From a virus (Duplodnaviria > Heunggongvirae > Uroviricota > Caudoviricetes): a DNA stretch of 64,000 bases. This document shows, piece by piece, positions 38,702 to 48,169 of this stretch. The stretch is taken from the IMG/VR virus record IMGVR_UViG_3300012348_000120. One strand, 5' to 3'. A model generated the notes under the pieces. That model did no database searches. It saw only the letters and a program-made list of their open reading frames with translations, and was not told the DNA's origin. The translations under genes were made by a program, and so were the position numbers. Position 1 is the first letter of the stretch; the number at the start of each line of letters is the position of its first letter.

Positions 38702-39106
38702 TTAACGAATTTGAAACTTTCCATCTTCTATATACAGGTCTTTGTGTTCATCAATATTTATCATATAGATGATCCATTCTTTGTTTCGTATATAGCGAGA
38801 TGAATACTTGCTCTCGTCATTGAGGCGGTCTAATACTTCAAGACTGTAACCCAATGGTGCGGGATCACCGATAATTACAGTTTCTTCTATCCCATCGTCT
38901 ATCTTTTCTTCAAAGTGTTTGACAACAAATGGCAGATCATTTGTGTCATTCAATACTATTTTTATACCGATAGTTTCGGTTATTGCTTTTCGAAATGGAT
39001 TTGGAGAATCCAAATTCTTGGCGTAGGACGCAAGTTCTCTGTGAAGCATCAATTCGTATTCATCATACCACTCAGGCATAATAATTCGTTTTGGTTCATA
39101 ATCCAT
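38702..39106 (-). CDS. hypothetical protein
   Basis: 134 aa. Confidence 0.5.
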   Translation of the reverse strand: MDYEPKRIIMPEWYDEYELMLHRELASYAKNLDSPNPFRKAITETIGIKIVLNDTNDLPFVVKHFEEKIDDGIEETVIIGDPAPLGYSLEVLDRLNDESKYSSRYIRNKEWIIYMINIDEHKDLYIEDGKFQIR

Positions 39107-40038
39107 TATGCCTGTCCTGCGATATATTGAAGTTCAAGTAGAGTTGCACTAAGATTGATTTCTGGGTCCGCAACTAAGGCATGATTTACCAATCCATCAC
39201 GAATACAAAGCAATGCTCTGCCTTTGGTTTTAGTATCTTCGCCAAACCAATCAAGGTTTTCATATAGCTTACGGAAAACACTTTCATATTCTTCTGGACG
39301 TGCTTTCTCAACGATCATCTTACGGGCTTCGGCTACTTTCTTGATTTGAAACAATGCGACATATTCCAGAATCCAATCACTTTCGCCGCCTTCACCTGAA
39401 CTCGGTTCTTGCAGCTTGTCATCAACCACGTTCTGTTGAACCATACCGATGCACTTGCGCAAGTCTGGGTAGGTAGACTTTACATATACATCAAGGTCAT
39501 CTGGTTGGAATGTGATTCCTTCTTCCAACAGAATGGTTGCAATACGAACTGTAAACTCTGTCTGATCCAACTTGGCAATATGAAACCCTTGGCAACGAGA
39601 GTGAAGCGCAGGAATGACCTTGTTTGGGTAGTTACAGGTCAAAATAAAGCGACAAGTTGAGGAATAAGTCTCCATCATATTGCGAAGAATAGCTTGTGCG
39701 TTCTGAGTAAGATAGTCAGCTTCGTCAAGTAGAACATACTTGAAGTCGCCAGAGAATGGAAGCGAACCAGCGAAACCGCTGATTTTGTTTCGCATCGTAT
39801 CAACGTTATTCTCATTGGATGCGTTGATAATCATAATATCGCCGCCATCTACGTCGAGTTCATTCAGAAGTATTTTTGCGAGTGTGGTTTTGCCTGTCCC
39901 CGCAGCACCAGAGAAAAGAAGGTGTGGAACTGCCCCTGATTTTACCCAGTTCTTTACCTGATGTTTCTGCTTTTCGTCACGAAACACATAGTCTTCTAAT
40001 GTCTGCGGGCGATACTTCTCAGTCCAAAGTTCTCTCAT
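39106..40038 (-). CDS. sliding-clamp loader subunit (RFC / T4 gp44-like)
   Basis: LWTEKYRPQTL, GAAGTGKTT, LLDEADYL, SRC. Confidence 0.93.
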   Translation of the reverse strand: MRELWTEKYRPQTLEDYVFRDEKQKHQVKNWVKSGAVPHLLFSGAAGTGKTTLAKILLNELDVDGGDIMIINASNENNVDTMRNKISGFAGSLPFSGDFKYVLLDEADYLTQNAQAILRNMMETYSSTCRFILTCNYPNKVIPALHSRCQGFHIAKLDQTEFTVRIATILLEEGITFQPDDLDVYVKSTYPDLRKCIGMVQQNVVDDKLQEPSSGEGGESDWILEYVALFQIKKVAEARKMIVEKARPEEYESVFRKLYENLDWFGEDTKTKGRALLCIRDGLVNHALVADPEINLSATLLELQYIAGQA

Positions 40039-40039
40039 C

Positions 40040-40468
40040 TTATTTCTCTTTCAACAGGTCTAATGCTACATAGTCAGTGACAGTATTGTCGTAATGTTCA
40101 TACGAAAGTTTTTTTAGTTCTGGATACTTTTCTTCTAACCGTCTATTTCGCATATCGATCTTTAATGCATACGTAGTGGACTTGTGAGAAAATCCATCGC
40201 CTTCAAAACCAACATATGGGACTACTTTTCGGTCATCAGATGGACCATCATACACTACTTTTTCTGTAATTACAACAACTCTTCCATCGCCCAAGCAAAA
40301 TTTACAAGAAGTTCTGACAGTAGTGTAATCGTTGCGATGGTAGTCAGTTAGTTCTTCGCGTGTTATGATTCCTATGCCATTACAATGTGGGCATAGTTGA
40401 ATCTCATTGGTTTCTATAAATCTAACTGCACTTCTGCGCTCTACAAGTATGTTGATGTCTTTAATCAT
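40040..40468 (-). CDS. DnaJ-type Zn-finger protein
   Basis: CPHCNGIG and CKFCLGDG. Confidence 0.6.
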   Translation of the reverse strand: MIKDINILVERRSAVRFIETNEIQLCPHCNGIGIITREELTDYHRNDYTTVRTSCKFCLGDGRVVVITEKVVYDGPSDDRKVVPYVGFEGDGFSHKSTTYALKIDMRNRRLEEKYPELKKLSYEHYDNTVTDYVALDLLKEK

Positions 40469-40937
40469 CTTCGCTTCGTATTGCCTCTTTATACTCTGGA
40501 CTATCTGGCATTGTGAATGGAAATGTTATAGGAACTCTACTATCACGACTTGTAAAGTATGACTTGAATGGTTTTCCATTATCAATGTCTGGGCTGGAAT
40601 ACCATTCCCAGAACACAATGCCATCTTGCCAGTATGCACCTGTATTATCTTTGAACACGTTAGAGGCACGGCGGTTCTGAAAAAGTCCATCTGCAACTTC
40701 GTTCCACTCGTCATCTTCACCAGTAAGTGGGGTCAGTGGTTTGTATGCAAGAACACGTTGCAAGATGGATAGTGCATATGACGCACTAAATCCAGAATGT
40801 CCTTCTTCCGAAAAGACTTCTACCATACGAATGATGTGATCTCTCATATGATAATCCATACTTTCACCAGTTCGGTCATTATTTCCAAGATTGAGAATAT
40901 CCAATTCGGATTTTGCGTAATTCAAGAGGTTGCCCAT
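40461..40937 (-). CDS. conserved phage hypothetical protein
   Basis: FSEEGHSGFSA...PLTPLTGEDDEW. Confidence 0.6.
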   Translation of the reverse strand: MGNLLNYAKSELDILNLGNNDRTGESMDYHMRDHIIRMVEVFSEEGHSGFSASYALSILQRVLAYKPLTPLTGEDDEWNEVADGLFQNRRASNVFKDNTGAYWQDGIVFWEWYSSPDIDNGKPFKSYFTSRDSRVPITFPFTMPDSPEYKEAIRSEDD

Positions 40938-40946
40938 GTTGTCCTA

Positions 40947-41162
40947 TTATTTGTAAAATATCACAACAGCAAGAAAAAGCTGTGTAAGTATGCTTATAGC
41001 AAGAAGTGATTTGATTGATGAGATTGTATCGGGAAGTTTTGAAATATTCTTGTTCAGACTTTCCCACATTTGCATTCTGCGTTTGGTTGCAGCATCAATC
41101 GTAGACGGAGTTGCATCATCAAGACCGAAAGCGATGCGGTCTTCCTTTGATGTTTCGGTCAT
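40947..41162 (-). CDS. membrane-anchored protein
   Basis: C-terminal TM segment. Confidence 0.45.
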   Translation of the reverse strand: MTETSKEDRIAFGLDDATPSTIDAATKRRMQMWESLNKNISKLPDTISSIKSLLAISILTQLFLAVVIFYK

Positions 41163-41497
41163 TAGTTTACCTCGTCTGGTTTAGTTTCACTCATTCCAAG
41201 AATACCGTTTGGGTCACCCAACCAGAAACGAATTTCTGTTTCGCCCAAGTCTAAGTTCTGACCTAGACTCCAACGGCCATGATCCATCAATACCCATTGG
41301 CCAACTTTTACATCTTTTTGTTCTGGGCCAACCGCATAAACTTCTGCCCATCTTGCACGAATGCCACGGTCACCAGCTTCGGTAGTGCTGTCATCAATAA
41401 GAATAAGACCATTTGCTGTTTTTTTCTCGCCATGATCCAAGTTGATTAGAATGATATTGTTTCCTAACGGACGCAATGTTCTCATTTTATACCTCAC
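41162..41497 (-). CDS. groES: co-chaperonin GroES
   Basis: LRPLGNNII...GLILID...EVYAVGPEQKDVKVGQWV. Confidence 0.85.
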   Translation of the reverse strand: MRYKMRTLRPLGNNIILINLDHGEKKTANGLILIDDSTTEAGDRGIRARWAEVYAVGPEQKDVKVGQWVLMDHGRWSLGQNLDLGETEIRFWLGDPNGILGMSETKPDEVN

Positions 41498-41825
41498 TAT
41501 CAGTTTCTAGGTTTTCAGAGAATGTTGGAGTTGGCGCTGGTGCGTATTTTTTGGTAGTTTGCGGTTCAAGCCCAACTGGAAGTTCTTCTTTTGCAGCGTC
41601 AATTTTGATTGATGCCTTTTTTACTGCCTTTGGGTTGTTTTGATTGTAGTGCTCACGAGCAATTTGGTCTGCGGTTTTCTCAATCTTTCCGCCTTTGCCA
41701 AGTTGATCACCACGTGCATTTGTTCTTGTGTTGCCAACCGCAATATTCTTTTCTTGTTCGATTTGTAGCTTTTCAAAGTCTACTTCTACGCCTCTTGAAC
41801 TTTTTCTTATCATATTATTCCTCAT
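41487..41825 (-). CDS. hypothetical protein
   Basis: AVGNTRTNARGDQLGKGG. Confidence 0.55.
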   Translation of the reverse strand: MRNNMIRKSSRGVEVDFEKLQIEQEKNIAVGNTRTNARGDQLGKGGKIEKTADQIAREHYNQNNPKAVKKASIKIDAAKEELPVGLEPQTTKKYAPAPTPTFSENLETDSEV

Positions 41826-42018
41826 TCATTTCAAAGATTCTTTTTAGAAATTCTCGCATTATCATTTCTGATTGGTATTTTCGTTCATCGTCTGATATAT
41901 ATGGATTTTTATTTATATATGCTTGGTGAACAAGATTAATGCATACTCTTAATTCCTGTTCTTCTTGAATAGAAAGTTTACGCTTACTGGCAGGAAACTT
42001 TATTATCATGTCTCTCAT
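41815..42018 (-). CDS. hypothetical protein
   Basis: 67 aa; NPYISDDE. Confidence 0.45.
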   Translation of the reverse strand: MRDMIIKFPASKRKLSIQEEQELRVCINLVHQAYINKNPYISDDERKYQSEMIMREFLKRIFEMNEE

Positions 42019-42542
42019 TTTAGAAACTCTCGTATGTCCAATCCATATTTCACACTGTCAATCTTGTGAATGCCGATGACGTAAAGAACATAACTGGCAA
42101 CACTTGATCCGCGTCCAACTCCCCATACTACGTTGTGGTTTCGCATTTGCTCAACTAAGTAGACACACAAACGAAGAACGTCTAACAATTCATATTTATC
42201 ATACAACTCTAACTCTGTTTCGACTCGGTGCATCCTGTCCAAAGGTGTTTTGTTTTTGATGTAAGAACATATGTCCATCTTCATATATTCATCTGGAACA
42301 AACCATTTTCTTTGGTGTTCAATATCGAACTCACTTACATCAACGTTATAATGGCTGAGAGGTTGTAACGGTGAGTCAGAAAGATGGTTAAGAGTTAAAG
42401 CAGTATTATACTTATCAAAATCTTCATTCCATTCAACTTGGTCTACATTTGATAAGTCAACTCCTTGATAAAGAAGTTCGTATAAATCATGGCGATTGTA
42501 GATGACTCGACCATATTGGTCGGTAGTCACCTTATCAATCAT
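42015..42542 (-). CDS. DNA polymerase III alpha (DnaE)-like fragment
   Basis: RVETELELY...VWGVGRGSSVASYVLYVIGIHKID; start moved to MIDKV. Confidence 0.8.
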   Translation of the reverse strand: MIDKVTTDQYGRVIYNRHDLYELLYQGVDLSNVDQVEWNEDFDKYNTALTLNHLSDSPLQPLSHYNVDVSEFDIEHQRKWFVPDEYMKMDICSYIKNKTPLDRMHRVETELELYDKYELLDVLRLCVYLVEQMRNHNVVWGVGRGSSVASYVLYVIGIHKIDSVKYGLDIREFLK

Positions 42543-43197
42543 CAATGACTTTGGGCTTCCATCTTGGAATTTCAATGATTTCTCCATTCTTTGGGGCGCT
42601 CATTTCCCCAGAGACGATTTTTTCTATATCTTCAAATATAGTATCAGAGTATGGAGGAATTGTCAAGTCTTCATCATCTTCTGCCAAATAATCTTGGCAC
42701 TCTGTGGATGATCTGAACCACCAAGGAACATCATAAAAATGCCTTCCCTCTCCGATGAAAGTTTTCAGGTCTGGAAGCATATGATATGAGTTGTCCGCAT
42801 ACGTGTATGTAATTGAAGGATTAGAATGCTTACTTCCTACCTTTACACTTAGAATTTCTAGGTTTTCGTCTGCAATTGCATTCAGCTTGGCATGAAGTGT
42901 AATTGCAATTACATCATTCGTTGGGACATACGGAAACAATACAACGTTGTTGTCTGCAAAATCAATATCAATAGGAGAATTTATATGAGTCAAAATACTA
43001 TGTTGTAATACTTCTTCAAGAAAGAATTTGACTTTAACAAAAGCGGTATTTCCCTTTTGTAAATCTGGAGTGGTCCAAGCAAAGTCAATAGAAACTTCAA
43101 AAATGTCACTAAGAATAATAGGCTCTGCTTGGATTAGTGTAGCGTTAAAATGAGTGGTAAATGTTGAATAACTACTTACCATAAAGTCGTCTGGCAT
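42535..43197 (-). CDS. hypothetical protein
   Basis: 220 aa. Confidence 0.6.
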   Translation of the reverse strand: MPDDFMVSSYSTFTTHFNATLIQAEPIILSDIFEVSIDFAWTTPDLQKGNTAFVKVKFFLEEVLQHSILTHINSPIDIDFADNNVVLFPYVPTNDVIAITLHAKLNAIADENLEILSVKVGSKHSNPSITYTYADNSYHMLPDLKTFIGEGRHFYDVPWWFRSSTECQDYLAEDDEDLTIPPYSDTIFEDIEKIVSGEMSAPKNGEIIEIPRWKPKVIDD

Positions 43198-43566
43198 TTA
43201 TACCTCGTATGTTTGTAAACCATTGTCATTGTCGGTTATGTCGCCATTGTGCAAATAAATGGTGGCTTGTTCAAAATATTCGTCTGATTCCGTGTAGAAA
43301 TCATACATAATATATAGTCTTGGGAATATACGGCTAAGTTTCACTACGAGCTTCAGCAAGTTTACCTTGTCAGATTCCGTGGAAAATCTTAGATTATCAT
43401 GCCCAAGATCATATTTTACATCAGTGAAGTTTAGTTGAGATTGCCAAGTTTGAAACCATTGGCCATACATATATTCCACAAAACGTGTTATATCTACATC
43501 GGTTCCGTCCACAGTCAAGCTGTGGTTTACCTTTTTAATCTGTATCGGTTGATGCATCGGTGTCAT
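43198..43566 (-). CDS. hypothetical protein
   Basis: 122 aa. Confidence 0.5.
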   Translation of the reverse strand: MTPMHQPIQIKKVNHSLTVDGTDVDITRFVEYMYGQWFQTWQSQLNFTDVKYDLGHDNLRFSTESDKVNLLKLVVKLSRIFPRLYIMYDFYTESDEYFEQATIYLHNGDITDNDNGLQTYEV

Positions 43567-43792
43567 TGTCTTCTCCTATGATGAATGAGTCAGGAGTGCG
43601 GTCATTGATAATATCAAAACGCATCCGTTCCAATCTTTCGTTGAGTTCCAGTCGCAACACACCTAAGTGATATTGCAACTGTTGCACAACATGGTCCATT
43701 CCCTGACGATGAGCGATGTTTATTTTTCTCATAACATCTTCCATCTTTTCATCTAGTTCTTCTTCGGAGAGACTTGAATAATCATTATACAT
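43535..43792 (-). CDS. hypothetical protein
   Basis: 85 aa. Confidence 0.5.
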   Translation of the reverse strand: MYNDYSSLSEEELDEKMEDVMRKINIAHRQGMDHVVQQLQYHLGVLRLELNERLERMRFDIINDRTPDSFIIGEDNDTDASTDTD

Positions 43793-43823
43793 ATAAAAGT
43801 CCTTATGCCTTCTTCATATGTAT

Positions 43824-44156
43824 TTATCTTTTGGTCAAAATACTGTTTAAAACTTCTTTGTCTATTGTTTCTTGTAGTATTTTTGCCAACTCTTCATTGA
43901 TTATATGCACAGCTTCATTATCTTTTTCTATCTTATTTAGATAGTCAGAATATGACAATCCGAGCAAACTCATCATTTGGTGATACACTTCTGGTTGGTC
44001 GGCAACATTGGCAAGAACTTCATATTCTTTCTGTTGAAGTTCATTCCATTCCTCTTCAGAAAGAGTATGCTCTATTGTCCAACTGGCAGACAGGGTGCGG
44101 CTTTTAGCTTGCACCTCAATCTTTTCTATTTTGATGTCTGATAGATCAAAACTCAT
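43824..44156 (-). CDS. hypothetical protein (T4 gp23-like C-terminal motif)
   Basis: VQAKSRTLSASWTIE...LAKILQETIDKEVL. Confidence 0.45.
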   Translation of the reverse strand: MSFDLSDIKIEKIEVQAKSRTLSASWTIEHTLSEEEWNELQQKEYEVLANVADQPEVYHQMMSLLGLSYSDYLNKIEKDNEAVHIINEELAKILQETIDKEVLNSILTKR

Positions 44157-44590
44157 AGATCGCCAGCTTTACGATTTTCAGAATAGTAGGGGTCAAAGTT
44201 CCCACCTGGGTATCGGGCTTCCAACTTACGAACATTTTCTGCAATGACTTCGTTTGGATTATGTCCAATAGCACGACACGCATTCACAAAATACCAAGCA
44301 ATATCACCAAGTTCACGCTTCATATGAAAAATGGTTTCTTCGTTCATTGGTTTGCCTTGAAACACACACTTCTTGGCAATTTCTGCAAACTCGCCGCCCT
44401 CTGCACTCATGCCAATAGCACCTGTAAGGAGCAGGGCAATATTTACGGTTTCGTTTAGTTCACGAAGTCGGGTAATCATAGTTTCAAGATCATTCGATGC
44501 GCCAGATGTTACTGCTGATACGAAGTCCTGATATTTTTGTAGATCAATTTGTTGAGACATTTGATTCCTCTTGGTTAAATAATAACTCAT
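44153..44590 (-). CDS. mazG: MazG-like NTP pyrophosphohydrolase
   Basis: EGGEFAEIAKK...ELGDIAWY...ENVRKLEARYP. Confidence 0.85.
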   Translation of the reverse strand: MSYYLTKRNQMSQQIDLQKYQDFVSAVTSGASNDLETMITRLRELNETVNIALLLTGAIGMSAEGGEFAEIAKKCVFQGKPMNEETIFHMKRELGDIAWYFVNACRAIGHNPNEVIAENVRKLEARYPGGNFDPYYSENRKAGDL

Positions 44591-44618
44591 TATATCGTAT
44601 TACGGGAGAATTTTCAAG

Positions 44619-44652
44619 AAAAAAAGACCCGATAGAAAAGAATCTACCGGGC
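44619..44652 (-). terminator. intrinsic terminator
   Basis: cccggtaga/tatcggg hairpin followed by a T-run. Confidence 0.5.
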
Positions 44653-44756
44653 CAGTTGGCGAAGAGGACTAGAGTTTGATGCAGGGAGCATCAAACAAAA
44701 GTGCAGGGAGAACCCCTGCAATAGTATTTACCAACTGACCATACAATATTATGTGC

Positions 44757-45179
44757 CTACATACATTTGATTTCTTGTTCATTCGTGCTGTAATAGACTT
44801 TTCTCAGTCCAAACGTGGAAATACATTTTGCACAGCCATCACACGGTTTGGCAATACCATAAACAATCTTATTACTGGTGGAACTTTTCTGTTTTGCACG
44901 AATGATAAACAAGTCGCACTTAGACAGTTGATCAACCGAAATACGCTTCAATGCATTTTTGATGGCATCGGTTTCAGCATGAAGATAGATTGCATCTTCA
45001 TTTTTTTGATATGGAATGATGAACGGATGCGATTTGAGTTGATTGAAACCGTAGCTTATGATTTGATTTTTGTAAGCAACGGCTGCAACAATCTTGGCAT
45101 TGCTGGTCGGTGCATGATCAATAGCAAGCATAAACAACGTATCCACAATCTTACTTTGCTTATGGGTTAGCATTTTCAT
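44757..45179 (-). CDS. Zn-dependent cytidine/dCMP/adenosine deaminase family protein
   Basis: LHAETDAI and AKPCDGC. Confidence 0.85.
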   Translation of the reverse strand: MKMLTHKQSKIVDTLFMLAIDHAPTSNAKIVAAVAYKNQIISYGFNQLKSHPFIIPYQKNEDAIYLHAETDAIKNALKRISVDQLSKCDLFIIRAKQKSSTSNKIVYGIAKPCDGCAKCISTFGLRKVYYSTNEQEIKCM

Positions 45180-45345
45180 ACTTCATTAGTAGATATTTGT
45201 AAGCAGTGTCATTCGTAGAAATAGGCTCTGGTTCCATACCAAGAGATTCAGATGCGTTCCACACTTCAAAACCCATAAGTGCAAGATGGGCTGCTTGCCA
45301 ATCTTGCAACAAGTGGACCTCATTATCTACGAGATAAAGATACAA
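45160..45345 (-). CDS. hypothetical protein
   Basis: 61 aa. Confidence 0.4.
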   Translation of the reverse strand: MYLYLVDNEVHLLQDWQAAHLALMGFEVWNASESLGMEPEPISTNDTAYKYLLMKYENANP

Positions 45346-45348
45346 TGG

Positions 45349-45579
45349 TTAGTCGCCCATGCACTCGCCAGGTTCAACCACGCAACGCTGTTCATACATA
45401 TTCCAATAATATTGGTCAACATCAATCTTCCAACGCGCTACTTCCTCACGATTGGTTGTCGCAACGACAATCACAACGATGACAAAAGCAGCAGCAACCG
45501 AAACCAGAATATCACGAATGGCCTGAAGAGTCATTTTATTTTCCTTATGATAAGAAGATGAGATACGTAAGCGATGCAA
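45349..45579 (-). CDS. membrane protein
   Basis: One TM segment. Confidence 0.4.
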   Translation of the reverse strand: MHRLRISSSYHKENKMTLQAIRDILVSVAAAFVIVVIVVATTNREEVARWKIDVDQYYWNMYEQRCVVEPGECMGD

Positions 45580-45671
45580 TCATACTCAGAAAAATAAACA
45601 CAGAAACACTTATTGCTATGTTCGCAAAAAGGTTCATGTGCCATTTTACTGGCGGTGTTTCTTTTTGTTTT

Positions 45672-46034
45672 TTACCGAAGATAGTTCGGACCAGTCCACG
45701 AAATCGCATATCCACCTTCCAGAATGTTGCCCCGTGCAGCGTTCCGAGCAGGAGTGGCCCACGATGCGGGTTTCAGAATGTCACCTTTTTTGAATTTCTT
45801 GTCATCTTCACCTTTTACGATGAAGCCCCAGACAGAACCGCCTTTGGTGATTTTGACATATTTTGCGCCAACCGTGTATGCCAGCGACTCGTTGAAATCT
45901 TCAATCATTTCTTTGTTGATTTCGTTGAGTTCTTTCGTTCCGTTACGAGTCGTCCATTTCACATAGTCAGCTTTGATGGCGCTCAGAAGGTCTTCAATCT
46001 TGTCAAGCATTTCTTCTCTCTCTTGGCTACACAT
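45672..46034 (-). CDS. conserved phage hypothetical protein
   Basis: KYVKIT..GSVWGFIVK...GDILKPASWATPARN. Confidence 0.65.
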   Translation of the reverse strand: MCSQEREEMLDKIEDLLSAIKADYVKWTTRNGTKELNEINKEMIEDFNESLAYTVGAKYVKITKGGSVWGFIVKGEDDKKFKKGDILKPASWATPARNAARGNILEGGYAISWTGPNYLR

Positions 46035-46036
46035 TA

Positions 46037-46065
46037 GTTATAGAGTGATTCGCAGGATTTGTCAA
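46037..46065 (-). promoter_or_regulatory. sigma70 promoter with CGAATCA in spacer
   Basis: TTGACA-N7-CGAATCA-N3-TATAAC. Confidence 0.85.
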
Positions 46066-46229
46066 GCACTTTTTGGATAAAGATTTGAAAGAATTTGCCA
46101 TTCTCCGTTGAGAAGGATTTCAACCTTCACTCCAAGTGATTCAGAATACCGATAAGCACAAGAAAGATCACTAAATTCAATTCGTCCAGCACGGTATTTC
46201 ATTGTGATTTCCTGATTTGTTACAAGACT

Positions 46230-46258
46230 TGTATATAGTGATTCGGTTGTTTTGTCAA
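46230..46258 (-). promoter_or_regulatory. sigma70 promoter with CGAATCA in spacer
   Basis: TTGACA-N7-CGAATCA-N3-TATACA. Confidence 0.85.
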
Positions 46259-46417
46259 CCGTCTAATCCACTATCTTGTGTTGGCCATTGCAAGTATGCA
46301 TCTACTTCATTCAGAAGGGTGTTGACTTCACCAACAGACATACTTGAAAAGTCTTTTCCAGATACGTTTTTGACGTATTCAAGAAGATCGTTTGGAACAG
46401 ATTCCAAAGTCTGAAAG

Positions 46418-46642
46418 TTATACTTCTTCATCATGACGCAGAATATCCTCTTCCCATTTTCCGTTCTTCAAAGTTTTCCGAGTTTTGATGAACCCGTTGT
46501 CGATAAGATTTTGAATTGTGGAATCAATGATATGCGGTGCAAGGGCGCGGGCTTTACTCACTCCCTTGATGTAACCCATATAAAAGATCAGAAGTCCAAG
46601 TCCGACCCCAATCCAGCCATTAGCATCAGTGAAGTATTCCAT
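46418..46642 (-). CDS. membrane protein
   Basis: 74 aa with an N-terminal TM segment. Confidence 0.5.
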   Translation of the reverse strand: MEYFTDANGWIGVGLGLLIFYMGYIKGVSKARALAPHIIDSTIQNLIDNGFIKTRKTLKNGKWEEDILRHDEEV

Positions 46643-46653
46643 GCGTTTCTCCT

Positions 46654-47277
46654 TTATGAGTTGAACATATTATGATTCGCGGTGTTTGTCAAGTGATTTT
46701 TTATAATTTCGATTACATCGTTGGAATACAAAACATCATAATGATCCTCATCAATCATGACGTAATCAATATCTGAACGACACATCATACTATGTTTTGT
46801 CACCACACCATCATTTGGCAAAATATGTATTGGATGGTGACCACGTGTAGTCACTATCTGTGTCCAAGGCACATCAATGTGTATTAGATTAGATGAATAT
46901 ATTGGCGGGCTACTTGGGCATATATCACTGAACAACGCATACGATGGAAACATTTGTCTAAAAAAGAAAGCGAGTGCTGATCCACCATATGGAGTTGATA
47001 TGGTTACTGCTCCTTTTACCTTATTTTTGAAATGATGATATAGATGAACGCTATACAATCCACCAAGAGAGTGAGCAACAAAAAACACTTCTTTTAGGTG
47101 TGACATCTCATTCTTCATTTGCTCCAAGTTACAAGCAAACGAATTTCTACTATCGTAGTCAAAGTGCGTATAAGAGTGAGGTTGCAAATGTGCTATAATA
47201 TGCGACCAACAAGAAGACGACTGATTTGCTCCATGTATGAATACTAAATGCGGAATCGTCGTTGGTAGTTCTGTCAT
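46654..47277 (-). CDS. alpha/beta hydrolase
   Basis: FIHGAN, AHSLGG nucleophile elbow, NDGVV, DHYD. Confidence 0.85.
   Translation of the reverse strand: MTELPTTIPHLVFIHGANQSSSCWSHIIAHLQPHSYTHFDYDSRNSFACNLEQMKNEMSHLKEVFFVAHSLGGLYSVHLYHHFKNKVKGAVTISTPYGGSALAFFFRQMFPSYALFSDICPSSPPIYSSNLIHIDVPWTQIVTTRGHHPIHILPNDGVVTKHSMMCRSDIDYVMIDEDHYDVLYSNDVIEIIKNHLTNTANHNMFNS
46664..46692 (-). promoter_or_regulatory. sigma70 promoter with CGAATCA in spacer
   Basis: TTGACA-N7-CGAATCA-N3-TATGTT. Confidence 0.75.
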
Positions 47278-47284
47278 GCTGCCC

Positions 47285-47620
47285 TTACTGCTTATCTATA
47301 ACCTTTTCCAACTTTACGAACTCTATGCGATGATTTGGGACATAACGCCAAATGGTCTTTTCATCTCGTTCTATTTCAAAAATTGTTTCTTTGAGGCTTA
47401 TAGATATAATCGTTGCTGGTTCCCCATCAACGTAGACGCCATCTCCAGGAGAAAACGCTTTGTTTCGTAAAAACGCCCAACCTTTTGCAAAGTTAGTCGC
47501 ACTCTCTTTTAGCCATATAGTTACAAAAATTGAAATTAACAGCGCCACCCAAGGCATAGCCGCTTCAGTCAAAGTTGTTGCAAATACATCTATGTTTCCC
47601 ATCTCGTTTCTCCTACTCAT
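47285..47620 (-). CDS. MscS-like membrane protein (partial domain)
   Basis: TM segment then FSPGDGVYVDG..ATIISISLKETIF. Confidence 0.55.
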   Translation of the reverse strand: MSRRNEMGNIDVFATTLTEAAMPWVALLISIFVTIWLKESATNFAKGWAFLRNKAFSPGDGVYVDGEPATIISISLKETIFEIERDEKTIWRYVPNHRIEFVKLEKVIDKQ

Positions 47621-47657
47621 TAGTATTTATCTACGATAAGGAAAGAAATAAGAATGG

Positions 47658-48047
47658 TTATTTTGTAAGTAAGATTTTCATTGCTTCATACTGCTCCCAC
47701 GCATCTTGTAGGGCTGGATGCTGCTTACGAAGTTTTTCTTCTTCGTGTCTTGCTTTCATTATGTCCTCGTAATATTTTCTCCTTACGGGAGTATCATCAT
47801 ATTGACTATCAACTGAACGATGACGACTACTGGACTGTTCACAATAATCCAAATAGTCAAGTAGATTATACAATGAGTGTTCAGTCATATTGACGCTTAC
47901 GGTTTTTACTTTTTTGGCATGATATGTATCCATTGATGCCGTGTATAAAAAGTCCGTGTTTATTCTCATGTCATATGCATAACCAGAATCTTGGACTCTG
48001 GCATCGTATCGGCGTTCAAACTTTTCAATATGTTTTTCAAAAATCAT
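47658..48047 (-). CDS. hypothetical protein
   Basis: Ends HPALQDAWEQYEAMKILL. Confidence 0.55.
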   Translation of the reverse strand: MIFEKHIEKFERRYDARVQDSGYAYDMRINTDFLYTASMDTYHAKKVKTVSVNMTEHSLYNLLDYLDYCEQSSSRHRSVDSQYDDTPVRRKYYEDIMKARHEEEKLRKQHPALQDAWEQYEAMKILLTK

Positions 48048-48169
48048 TATATCCCTCCATAATTAGGATATAATATCATTTTTCTGCTACGTTGTCAATC
48101 ATCGAGTTGACAAGTTGGATATATGCGTATCTCAGAATACGCAACGTTTCCTTGTGTTTCAATAAGTCC

